DNA of 64,000 bases from the human T2T-CHM13v2.0 reference genome, Homo sapiens. Each line of letters opens with the position of its first letter. Within the stretch, counting starts at the first letter, position 1. Shown here one piece after another: positions 15,785 to 29,690 of the stretch. Under the pieces are notes generated by a model. That model had not been told where the DNA came from and made no database searches. It was given only the letters and a program-made list of their open reading frames with translations. Location: the NCBI RefSeq assembly GCF_009914755.1, contig NC_060942.1; one strand, 5' to 3'. The translations under genes and the position numbers were made by a program.

Positions 15785-18700
15785 AAGACCCGTCTTCTTA
15801 ATCAGCCTGTGAATTATACTAGAACAAATGTAACCTCTATGGATCACAGGACTAGAGTGGTAGATCCTCTTCTGAGTTGCCCAGAAGCTCCAGAGGCTGA
15901 AATAGATTATTTCTTTATCCTTGGATTCAAATCTTCATGATTTCAGTTCTTGTACATGTATTCCTCCCCTCCACATAGCCGGGAACCACCTTTTAAATTT
16001 ATAAAAAAATTCCGCTAGTTCAAGACTCATGTTTTTCTTAATGTAAGTCCTTATCAGTTACAACCCAAATATATATTTCTTCTTTGAATTTGCCATACAT
16101 ACATGACTTATAGCCTATAGATGATTCTTATACTTGATTAATTCTATCATGCTTTTCTCTGGTAAATGTGTTATGTTTCACTTTCTGACAAAACTCAAAT
16201 GTGTTTATGTCTTACTTCCTGATAAAAGTTTCTCAGTGAATGGAAATGCAGAGAGTTATCAATATTTCTGATTATTTCTAGCACAAACTATGAAGAAGCT
16301 TCTTAAATGAGATAATGTGTGGGAACCACTTATGAGTGGCTGGTATATAGAATGTGTTTACACACACACAGACACATACATTACATTACATTATTTACCT
16401 CTCCCTTCTTTTACCTTAAAAAAACACTTTTGGCTAAACAAACAAAAACCTAGCCTTTCTATAGTTAAATTCAAACATATATTTAGTGAAATTAAGAATT
16501 GTGTTTGCCTTAAAATCCTGTGTATAACTAGGAACTGAACAGATGGTGAAAGACCTGGTCTCAGGCACATATTCCTTCTCTTCAAATAAGATGCCCCTTG
16601 ATTTAAGGATAGCAACTCCTGGGAGTCTAATTCCATCAGTAGGCTAGTCTCATCATGCAATCTTGACACATTTGAGGAATGTAGACCAAGATAATCAACT
16701 GTCCTCACTTGGGCCACCATCACCTTTGAGATCAGTGGAGCTTGTCTCATTGCAATTTGCCAGAGTAAGTCTGCTCAGAAAGCACCTGGCAGGACAGCCT
16801 AATTAAGTATTTACCCTGGCAGCCAAACTAGCTCTTTCAGATTCATTACGGTTTCTCAAACGACTAAAACTAATTTCTTTAAGTGAATAGAGAAATGACA
16901 TTTTAAAATAACCTTACAAGGATACAATATTTGAATTATCACAATTGTTAGCTATTTTTAAATTCTATTAATTAATATTATTTTATCTCCAGCATATGTT
17001 CTTGTTTTTATGGAACTGTACTCAAGACTCGTCTGGGATAAAATGTCATCAGTAGCCTCTGGCAAGTAGAGATTCCACATCTGGGTAACTTCACCTGTCC
17101 TTACTTTATAATGCATGAGCACCAGTCTGATACTCTGGAGTTCTTCCATTGCCGTGCCAGCAGGTAAAGGGGGCGAGGGAGAATCTGTGTTGAAATCTTA
17201 TGACACAATGGCCCAGATTTTAAAATGGGCATAAAGAAGGGGAGGAGTCCTTGGGTTTATGTGAAAATCCTCTCTCAAGCAAGACCTTTTTAATAATATA
17301 ACTAAATATGTCAACATATTAAAATATTTTTTAAAGAAAGAATTAGATATACAAGTTGATAACTTTCTTGCTCATTCCTGAAGTATTTCCTCTCACTGTT
17401 GATTTGTTACATTTTTCTTTGAAATTCAGGGCTTTGGTGCATCTTCCTAACTAGCACATAAGTATTCTTATTTATGATTTTGCATTGGCAATAGAACTTC
17501 AAAAACAAGAGTATTACTAGAAACAAGGGTGTATTCACTTACAGCAATATGTAGCAAACCAGATGCTTTCTAATACTTAAAATGACATTAGACTAGCAAG
17601 TCACAGTAGAAAACAAAGCAATTATTTAAAATATGTTTCATCAAGTTTATATATTATTTGATGTCAGGTACTTTTTGTCTACTGGTTTTACTAAGAAATT
17701 GGGAATAGAAATAACCATTCTTTTTATGCCAGTGTTATTACTCGGGTGTTAAGGTCAAGTGTAACTGCCTCCATTAAAATATTTTTTTCTTCTTCTTCAA
17801 ATAAAGATTTTGGCTTAATCAATGGAGTCCCATGTTTACTCACACCTACGTTTGCAAATTATAACCATTCTAAAACTACACAAAAACTGTTTATATGAGT
17901 TTCCCACTTCAATAAAGCCTCCCACTCTCATATCACACCCTAAACTTTGACCCACCAGTAATGTCATTTCCTCCAAAATTTCACTTGTATTCCTATTTAA
18001 CAAATCCCTCACACATTTATGCCACTATCTCCAGCCAACAGTCCATCAACATTGGTCCCTAATTCATAGCCCATCACTCTTTCATTATCAAAGAGCCATT
18101 TTTTTTCTTCTCTCCTTTCCCAGCTTTGACTCCAGAGTCAATTACTTACTCATTCTCTTGCCCTCCGGTCTCTCCTTGGTGAAACTCCTTTTCTCAACTA
18201 TCCCACGTGTCCCCTAAAGCTAGGGAACATGGATTGGGAAAAATATGATAATGCTGATTGCTTTCACTTTAAGTTTATAACACTCCATCTCCTGTGGGCT
18301 CTTAAAATGTTTCTGCAGTCTTTCTATATATTCCTAGTTCCTCCACTCTCCAAATCTCCTCTAGAACACCTTAAAAACTTTTCCTTTTTTCTCAAACTTT
18401 TAACATATCTTCACCCTCCTTTCTCCGTTGATGACTTCAACTTTCATTTCTGTGAGAAAACAAAGAAATCGGAAGAGAGTAACATCCTCATCTCCCATTA
18501 CCAAACCCACCAATATATCTCCACTCTCATTTTACAATGCTTTTCTTTTGTTACAGTGGCTACATTTTTCTTACCTTCACTGAAATCCAAATATTCCTCT
18601 CCCACACTGGATCCCATTGTCTCTAAAATACTCAAAGGGCTTTGTTCCTGCAACTTTACTTATCCCTCTTTAACTGCATCATCAATCACTCCACTGTTTG

Positions 18701-19142
18701 TTCTTGTCAGTCTAAGTACTAGTTGTAATACCTCTCATTTTAACAATTTCTGTGGCCCTTCATTTCACTCATACATATTTCTTCTTCTCATTGTAGGAAA
18801 ACTGCTGGAAATAGTTGCTTATACCCATTCTTTTCATTTCTTAAACTCCAATTTTATTTTTGAAGCCATTCCAGTCAAGTTTTCATCCAGTCACTCCAAT
18901 AACACTGTTCTTGTGAAGTCACCAAAAACCTCCATGTAGTTGAACCCATTAGTGAATTCTCAGTTCTAATCTTCCTCTACTCTGTAGCAGCATTTGGCAC
19001 AGTTAATCATTCCCTCATCCTTGAAACACTGTATTAACTTGGCTTTGGAGATACCTTCCCCTCCAGTTATACATCCTAACTCACTGGCTGCTTTCCCAGA
19101 CAGAAGATGATTTGTCTTCATCGTCCCAACTGGTGTTAGACT

Positions 19143-19200
19143 TCTATTATCTTGACTTTTCTCTTGTCTTGTCTTGTCTTGACTTATCTTGTCTTGTCAT
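19143..19200 (+). repeat. (TCTTG)n-type microsatellite
   Basis: ctcttgtcttgtcttgtcttgacttatcttgtcttgtc. Confidence 0.85.
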
Positions 19201-19264
19201 CTTTTCTGAATTATCACTTTGTGCATTGGAGTGCCACCAAGTTCATGGTTTTAAGAATCATCTG

Positions 19265-19560
<296 letters not shown>

Positions 19561-20347
19561 AGCATCATCTGTCCACTAACACTTTCACACTGGTATTTCT
19601 TACCTTAGCTTTTCCATTCAGCTCTGGAGTTGAATGACAAATAAACATCAAGCTAAACTAATAGTTGAATACAGAAGTTTTGAGACCTCTTTTTACCACC
19701 TTGTGCTCCAATCTAAATCTGGTTCTTCCCCATTTTCACAAATGGTTCCAGAATTCAGTTAGTTCTAAAGTTAAGTGTCATTCATGACTTCCCTCTTTAC
19801 CTCACATCATCATCGCAAACAACATTACACAATCATTTGTTTATTTTCTTCTTTGTAGTCTATAAACCCCAATAGGTCAGGAGATTTTTCTAGCTCATTT
19901 ATCATTGCATGTCAGTGCATAGAACAGTCTTTGTCACCTGGTAGTAAATATTGGTTTTTTCAATGAATGAGTGAATGAATGGTTTCTTCTAATCTCTGAA
20001 CAGTTTTGTTTTGCAAGTTGTAGTTGAACATCCTTCTGTTATAGAGTAGTTCAAGATGTATTAATTTTCACTGTATGTGTTTTTATTTAGCATATATCCA
20101 CATAATCCAGCAGTTGATCATGCAGTGTTGAGTGTTATTATATAGGTGCTTTACATATATGGAGTTTTATCCCATCTAAAATATAAAGTTCCTTGTGGGC
20201 AGAAACCACACCTACATTCCTATGTCTCTTAGTTTCTCACATTGTGTTTAGAACCTAAAAACTGAAGAAGCACAGTTCTTCTAAGGCATTAAAAACTACT
20301 TATGATTATTTCTGATCCTAGAGTTAGAAAGACTCTAATATTATTTG

Positions 20348-20426
20348 AAATATTAGTAGTATTTTACTTTAGTAAAATATTAGTAGTATTTTACTTTAGT
20401 AAAATATTAGTAGTATTTTACTTTAG
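20348..20426. repeat. 27-bp tandem repeat, ~3 copies
   Basis: aaatattagtagtattttactttagta at 20348 and 20375, plus 25 of 27 nt at 20402. Confidence 0.95.
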
Positions 20427-21499
20427 CATTTTACTTTGCCCTAGAACAAAGTAAAGGAATAACTTTCCTTTACTTGTTTCTGGGGCAAAGCTTATGTACA
20501 TGGAGGCCATAAAAGGCACCAGCCACAAACAACAACAATGCCTCAAAAGTTATTCTGATAAGAAAAGATTGAGTGAAGTGTAACATTAAATAGGAGTATT
20601 TGCACATCTCATTAGTACTTCTAGGATGTTGAATTCTGATTATAAGTGAAATATACGAATTTAACATTTGAGATTATAGAAAATAACAACTGGAAGTCAT
20701 TCTGAGAGAAAAATATCTGTTCTGGATAGCTAATGTGTGAGGGTCTTCTTAATATGCTGAGTGCACCTTTTCATCCAATCTTCAGGCCAACTGGGTGAGT
20801 AGAAGGGGAAGTTAGATCATTTTGTGTGACAGATCAAAAAAGGGAGGACCAAGGCAGAGGGAAGTCCAGTCATATGGAGAGAAGAGTCACGATTGTCTAC
20901 ACCAGTGGATTTATGTCAAGTAGCAAACTCCTCTAGATATCACCAAGGAAGACATGACTGAGAAAAACTAATTAACCAGTCCCCAGTATACATTAATTAT
21001 ATTAGAAGAAGAAACCAAATCATGTGTACACTCTGCTTCCATGAATGTTCAGACCTGTATCACCGTATATTTCTAGAGAACAGTCTGAAAACTTTTCTCT
21101 TCATAACCTCCCCACCACCCCCACTTTTTTTTTAACTTGGTAGGGTTTGTCTGATGGCATTCCACATAGAAGTCTCCTAGTGAAGCATGAATAATACCAA
21201 AGCTTCCCCTTTAGCAAAAGAGGCAGCTGTTGCAGAAGTATAACCATCTCTGCTTGTGGCTTTGGTAATTGTTGGGAGGTGGAGCACTGAAGTACAATGT
21301 CCATGTGCTTCCATCATCACATCCAATCCTCAAGACTTTTTATTTTTTGCTTTGATGAAGAGTGTATTTGTGTGTCACCCCTCATGGTATTTCCAATTCA
21401 TATAGCTGTTTCTTATGTCTTTTAAATGTCTTTCCATTTTTTTGGTCCTTATCTTCATTTCTCTTGTTAAGAAAGTTTCCTAAACTAATTCAATTGATT

Positions 21500-22010
21500 C
21501 CTAATCAGTTATTATTCTACTTTTCACACAGTCACTAAAGTGCTCTTTTTAAAATGCATCTGACCCAGCTAATCTCCGTTTACAGGCTTTTGTGAATCTC
21601 CATCACTCACAGAGAAAATTCTGTGGCCTCTAGCATGACACTGTAGGTCATCACATGGCATGGCTCAAGTCTATCTTCCCAGCTCCATCTAATGAACTAA
21701 TGAACTACTACTCATCCGTAATGACTTATGATCTAATTATATTAACCCACTTGTAGTTTCTTGGCCTTAGCATGTTCTCTCTCCCCTGCCTCAGTGTATT
21801 TCATTACCTCTGCAATACCTCCTGTGTGAATTCGTCTCTGGAAGCTCCAGGCAGAGTCATATTTTCATACCAGATCCTATACATAGCACCTACGACATTG
21901 ATGAGTGTGTTTTGCTTTTGAATTACCTGACTCTTTCACTAAATTGTCAACTCTTAAGGCCAATAAAATATCTGGCTCATCTCTGGTCCCCTAACACTCA
22001 GAACATGAAG
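21500..22010 (+). mobile_element. L2 3' fragment
   Basis: ctttttaaaatgcatctgacc...ctccatcactcacagagaaaattc...aaattgtcaactcttaaggc are L2-like. Confidence 0.55.
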
Positions 22011-22099
22011 ATAGGAAAGAGTTAAATGAGGAAAGAAGATAAAACATGATTTTCTGCATACATTGTATTCAAGGTACACAATGTACATTGGATTCTTTG

Positions 22100-22275
22100 T
22101 ATAGTATCATATTTAATGTTTACCATAGATGATATAGTCATTATTATCCCCAGTTTATATAATGGGGAAACGGTATGTTGAAAAAAGGGTAAATAAGTTG
22201 TCAAATAAACCATTTACAAAGCAAATTCTCAAACCTAAGTAAGTTTGTTTTAGATTCTTTTCCTGGTCACACTGT
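22100..22275 (-). mobile_element. MIR fragment
   Basis: attattatccccagtttatataatggggaaac...ggtaaataagttgtcaaa. Confidence 0.55.
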
Positions 22276-23689
22276 TCCTCCCAATAAGCATGCAAAGCAT
22301 TCATTAAATAAATGAACTAATGATTTTTCAAGCTAAAATGAAGTTGTTATTGTGGTTGTCTCTCTCTCTCTTTCTCTCTCTCCAGTCATACATGGGAACT
22401 TTGCTCTTTGGCAAAAACTGACTCCTAAAGCAAATCTGTATGTTGCTTGCTCTCTGAAATTTATGTGGCAAGAATTTCTGATTTTTGCTGTGGAAATTCC
22501 TTCTTCTTTTGATCAATTTATCTTTCTTCAAAGCATAAGGCAAGGCACATCGCTAATTTTTAAAGTGAACCAGTGTGATGACTACATCTAGATGAAATAA
22601 AACAGACAATCTTTAGTAAACTCTTATGTTCCTTAATGTATACTTTAGAGTGTGTGTAGTAACTTTCTGGATTTGAGATATCTAGAAAGCATTTCCCAAT
22701 GGAATGAGTCTGCTTCTTCAAAAAGCATATTCTGCACTAATTTATTGGAATTATGAAAGTATGTTTCTTCGCTAGAGCTAAAATTCATGTTGTAGATACA
22801 ACCATGTGGACAGGTCACCAGATATCTGGGCTTAAACTGAACTGTTTTGAAACTGTAAAAAATAAGTCAGACATAATGATGTTTAAAATTCATAAAAGGT
22901 GAAAAGTCTATGCAAAATATGTAAGAATAGCATATATAATTGAAATTTTATGTCAATATTTTGCTATATCATATAAATATTTTTGATCAAAAGGTTTTAT
23001 CGTGTATGTTTAGTTGAAATGTGTCAACTCTCTATATATTTCTTATGAATCTTCTTCTGTTTATTCACTTATCCTTAATTGTTTGAGTTTCTCAGTTACC
23101 CAACCTAGCTCTAGTTTTTTTCCTACATAATAATTATGTAAATGTTACAAAATTCATTGATTATCACCCTAAAAAATTTAAACTTTTTGCTATAGATTAT
23201 TGTTTCAAGCAGGAAATTAATGTTGGTATGTGGGAACACAAGTATATCATGATCCTCTCTTCTGCAAGTTATAAATCAAATTGAAAAAAAAAGAAAGGAG
23301 TCAAGTATTATAGATGAACCAGTATCCATTTTACATTTGACAAGATTGGATGAGAGAATGTGGCTCACATGGATGGTCATAAGCAGGCTTCCTACTACTT
23401 TCCCTTTTTGTCTAGAGCTCAACTCAGCCCACCCCAGGAGGAATATTTGTCTTCAGGATTTGATACACTTATCTAAAATTACTGTCCTTCACACTGGTGT
23501 GATTACCCATTTATTTATCTAACAAATATTGAGAACCTACTATGTGCCAGGTTCCAGATGCTGTAGATACTGTGTGAATCAAACAAACTAATTCCACTTA
23601 AAGTTTCTTAATGCAGGAGAACAGAAACTGATAAGTCTATGCAATCCTGCAGCCAGCCAGATCCTAAAATGGGAAAAAGAAAGATCTGA

Positions 23690-24124
<435 letters not shown>

Positions 24125-24921
24125 AGCTCTCACTTTCACCAGTCATTGAACCATTCCCTATCCACCTTCAGGGAGGAGTGAGTGAAAGGATGTGAGGAAA
24201 AAAGGCTGACATGTTTCTTATATGACATTCCCTCCTGGCGACCATAAATTCCTTCCACAACATGGGAGAAGGTATATGATCGGCTTTGTGATTTAGAAAG
24301 ATAGTCCTATTGGAAGTATAAAAGATAAAGAGAAGAGGGACATGTTAGTCTCAATGCCTTTTGTAAAAATTCTCTTAAATTTTTTTGGGCAAGTTGCCTT
24401 AATGATGGATGCACAATAAGTATAACATGAAGAAATGCCTATCTAGAACATAGTGTTGAAATAAAGATTAAGAAATATAGCATTGTCCCCAATTCCCTTT
24501 GCATAATCACCTTTCTGGTAGACTAGACATTGTTTCTAGAATTGCTTGAGAATGTGAATATATTATTACATTAAGAGGCCATGTCTTTACACTGCAATCA
24601 CTAGAATATATGATAGAAATAATGAACAGAATTTGCAGTGAGATTTTATATCAATGCTGAATTTTTCCCCTGCTTTATGATTTTCTATTGAAAATTAGAA
24701 TAACTGCCAGAGACCTTGCAATTTTACTTACTCACAATAAATGCAGTTGCTCTTTCTGTGGTATCATTCTCATACATCTTAAATTGTGAGAGTATTTTGT
24801 AATACCTTTCTAAATCACTGACACAGTTTGCTCTCATATCTGCAAAAATTGTAAGGAAAATATTTTTCTTATATAAAACCACCATTCTCTTTAATTTGCA
24901 TGGACTTTAAAAAAATATTCA

Positions 24922-25093
24922 GGCCTGGTGCTGTGCACCCCTAGTGTCAGTTAGTCAGGAGGTTGAGGCAGGAGGATTATTGAGCCCAGGAATTTAAGGC
25001 TGCAGTGCGCTGTGATGGCTCCTATGAATAGCCACTGCACTCCAGCCTGGGCAACATACAGACACCCTGTCTCTAAACAAATAAACAAATAAT
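24922..25093 (+). mobile_element. FAM (fossil Alu monomer)
   Basis: Single monomer with the FAM/7SL-derived segment gctgcagtgcgctgtgatggctcctatgaatagccactgcactccagcc, which is absent from dimeric Alus. Confidence 0.85.
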
Positions 25094-25094
25094 A

Positions 25095-26095
<1,001 letters not shown>

Positions 26096-26879
26096 ACTTT
26101 TAAAGCTCAAGAAAGAAGAACTTAATTTTTGAAATAGTGTGTCTCCATTATATTCAACGGATTGAACGTCATTTGTATGCATGCAATACTTTGGAGATGG
26201 CATTATAGTTCTATATGTTTCTGACCATCTGAGCTTTTATCTGCTGATTATCTCCTCCATTTACCCACACCTCACCATTCTTCCTAAGGTCTCAGCCTTG
26301 GTACTTGCCTATCCATATATTTCTTACACCATCTTTACTTTATTCTTTCTACTAGTTCCTGGCTAAGCTTTTTTTATAAAAAAATTTTGCAGGAGATCAG
26401 AAACATAAAGTTACTGGGCTGGGGGCTGTGGCATAAATAGCTCCCTCTTGGTTCATCTGTAAGTCAGCTTTCCTTTTATCTAATCCCAGTTAAACAATTG
26501 TTAATATGTGAGTTGGGGCAGGTGAATGAGCAACATTCCTTTAACCAGTTAAGAAAAAACAAGCTGATTGGAATACACTCCTGGAACATGGTTGAGCTAT
26601 GGCGAATGGAGGGAGGGAGTTGAGATTTGAAGCATTAAAAACTATAGCAGTGACAGCATTCTTGGAAAGCAGTTCTACCAGCACAGAGTTTAGTCTAATT
26701 TGCCCCACAAACTGGCCTTTCTTTCCATGAAACCCATTTGTTCCTGAGTAGTCAATGAATGATTTCTGGACAAAGTAGAGTTTCATCAAAACATTGCAAT
26801 ACACTCTACATCTGTGGAGTGCCATATTTTGCCTTTTCTTTTCTATTTGTTTTGCAATCTGTTTTTTTTTTTTTTCCAC

Positions 26880-27060
26880 AACAAACTTCTAAGAAAAGGA
26901 ATGAGGGCACAATTCCCATTTTATGGGTGGGGAAACTGAGACACACAAAGGTTCAAGGCCATGCCTAATGCCACATGGGTAATTATGGGAAAACAAGAAG
27001 ACAAAATCTGGTGTTCTGGACCCTTAGCCCTATGTACTCTCTTCTATAACATGCTGCCTT
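26880..27060 (-). mobile_element. MIR fragment
   Basis: cccattttatgggtggggaaactgagacacacaaaggtt. Confidence 0.7.
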
Positions 27061-27779
27061 CACAACTGCAGTCATTAGTCTGTGGCTGGGATTGTGATGG
27101 TGTCATGTCAGTGGAGCCAGAGCAACAAACTTAATGACACAGCTGGGAAAACTTAAAAGTCTGCCCTTGGCTGGGTCATAAGTGGAGGTTAATACAATGG
27201 TGTCATTACAGAGTTTTGCCCGCCTCCCAAAACCACAGCACAGTTCAAGAGAATCAAAAAGGTTCCACTGGGGGTTGGCTCAGGTCTGAATGAGCAGCCA
27301 AGGTCAGAATGGAAATGTGGAATAGACAGGGAACTGTTGAGCCCATTGCAAAGTTCAAAACTGCACAGTGAATCCCCCATGACCCAAAGCCTACCTTTGC
27401 CTGCCAATTAAAAGATCATCCTCAGTTAGAGTTTAAATTAAGGCAGCATACTGCTTCTTGGGCTACAGATCTGGTGATTTAATGCAACTTACTTCTAAAT
27501 CAATCCTTTTCACAGTAACATGCTTGAAACTAGGCTCTATTACCTGTCCAAACTATTTTTAAAAATATTCCCACTGTAACTAAATACAACACTCCAAGGT
27601 CCCGTTGCACACTTCACACCCCCTACCATGTACTATACCTTTAATTTCATAATATATGCAGTCTTAAATTCAACATTTATTTTTAACACCTATATTTTAA
27701 TGAAACATGAAATATAAAATGAAACTCCAGTCTGCCTTGTATGAGCACGAAGAAAAATCCTAATTACCTGTTTCAAAAG

Positions 27780-28420
27780 TGTGAAGCGCTTTCTAATTTT
27801 CCACCAGCCAGTTTCCTTAGACAGCACCTAGTATTATAACTATTTATGCCAATTGTGCTATTTCATGCATAAAATTACCGCATTATTGTTGGAATAGATG
27901 CCAAAGAGATATCTAAGCAGGGTGCAATCACTTCAGTTTCTATCAAATTGGGCTCCTGAAAGGTATCATAAATTTTATTAGAAGGCAAGGGGCTAATGGC
28001 AGCCAATCAGTGTTAATGCTGATAAAATTGCTGTATTTTACATTATAAAAACCAGATGATATTTTTGTCAGAAGGCCACCTTTTGTTTTATTAAGAATGC
28101 ATCATGAAAACTATATTGTAATCACAGAAGATACTTAGGAAAGCTGCTTCCCTTCCTCAGGATGTGGGGGTGGCGTTCCTCTCGGGGTGCCCTGACAGTG
28201 GTTGGTGAGGCAGCCTTTGCTCTTGGCTGTCTGATTAATGGTAGCATAAAATGAAGCAATGCAAAATGCATCCCTCACACTATGAGTACCGTAATTCGAT
28301 TGCTTGCAGCTTTATTCTCTTAGGGTCCACTCTTTGGGAAACAAATATTAATGTTCCACTGTTCCCAGGTCCTTTATTGTGCTATAAAAAAATTGTTTTC
28401 GATTAACCTGCCAATTGAAT
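27780..28420. promoter_or_regulatory. candidate enhancer (repeat-free, rich in homeodomain motifs)
   Basis: TGATTAATGG (PBX-HOX) 28232-28241, TGACAG (MEIS) 28193-28198, AGCCAATCAG (NF-Y) 28001-28010, several CATAAA/TTTATG; function is inferred only. Confidence 0.4.
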
Positions 28421-28569
28421 CTGGAGAGCTAGGTGGTTTTTAAGACTCCCTTGCTTCTTCCTGAGGCACCACAGTAAAGAGTGGCAGATTATGATGATAT
28501 TGAAACGGAAAAGAAGAAAGTTTGGTGCAGAGTTCAGGCCCTTTGATACAGTCCTGAGTTGCATTTTAT

Positions 28570-28722
28570 CAATAGTAATAATAATTTCCATAAGTTGAAG
28601 GCTAAAATGTGCGACCTTGGGCAAATCAATTCCTCTCTCCAAGGCCTCTGTGTCCTTATTTCTGAAATGATGGTATAAAATGCTGCAGTCTCTAAGGCAC
28701 CTTACACACACACACACACACA
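28570..28722 (+). mobile_element. MIR fragment followed by (CA)n
   Basis: tgtgcgaccttgggcaaatcaattcctctctccaaggcctctgtgtccttatttctgaaatg; (CA)n ~28704-28722. Confidence 0.7.
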
Positions 28723-29634
28723 CCTGGAGAAATAACTTGATATCTTACCTTTGCTTCTATTGGCAACTCCTTACTTGAACTGATATCTGAGAGAAACGCT
28801 AATGTTATCAGACTTGAGGAAGCATAGGTTGAATGATCTGGCCTTTTGTTGCTGCTCCATTTCGTGGAGGAAAAGCTGGACAATGTAACTCTCTATGGTC
28901 AGCAACTAGCAACAATAAAAACAGATTAAATAATCATTCAAATGTTCTTTCAGACACCCAAAAACTTAGCACACAGGAATTTTCTCTCCCTAGTTTCTAA
29001 CAACTGCATCAAGAATAAAGTGCAATCTAACTCTCAGTTATAATAGGACTTGTGTTATCTTGTGTTCAATCAGATACAAATGCTTCAAGGAAAAAGACCT
29101 ATTTTCTACTTCGTTTGAATACCCTTTATTGCTCAACACTAAGCAGTCACTCATAAGTGACTTCAGAACTCAGTGGTTAATGGTAAGTGGTTGACAGAAC
29201 ATGAAGAAACCATCAGTTGGCTTATATGATCAAGCATACTAGATTAAGCAAACTGTTTGCTAGAGGATAGTAGGCAGACATGTTTAAAACTATGTCTTCA
29301 ATTTCTATTCCCATTAGACTATCACCATAAATCCACTTTTTTAAAAGTAAATTTCATATTTGTTTGCTTCTCTTTAGGTTGATTCTGGTATTTCCCCAAA
29401 GAACCACTGATGGCTGCCTTTTCCATGGCATTACAACCCCCCTGCTGGAGCTAATAATTATAACTCTGTTACAAGTATTTCTAGAAGCTTGGGGGCATGC
29501 CTTACCAAAATGAACACATATTTATGTGACTAAACAATATATTAGTGTTTGTATAAATCAAGTTACATACATTGTATACGGTAATAAATTACCAAGATTC
29601 TGTGACTAATGACTATAACTTTGTACTAACCAAA

Positions 29635-29690
29635 CAGGGGTGCCATATATGATTGTGCAGGTTGTGTGCCACACCAGAGTAAAGCCAGAA
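29635..29690. mobile_element. MER91-like hAT-Tip100 fragment
   Basis: caggggtgccatatatgattgtgcaggttgtg resembles the MER91 terminus. Confidence 0.5.

Noticed and set aside
20348-20426. Repeat with palindromic character, superficially CRISPR-like
   Set aside because: Units are directly adjacent with no spacers, the context is primate DNA and there are no cas genes.
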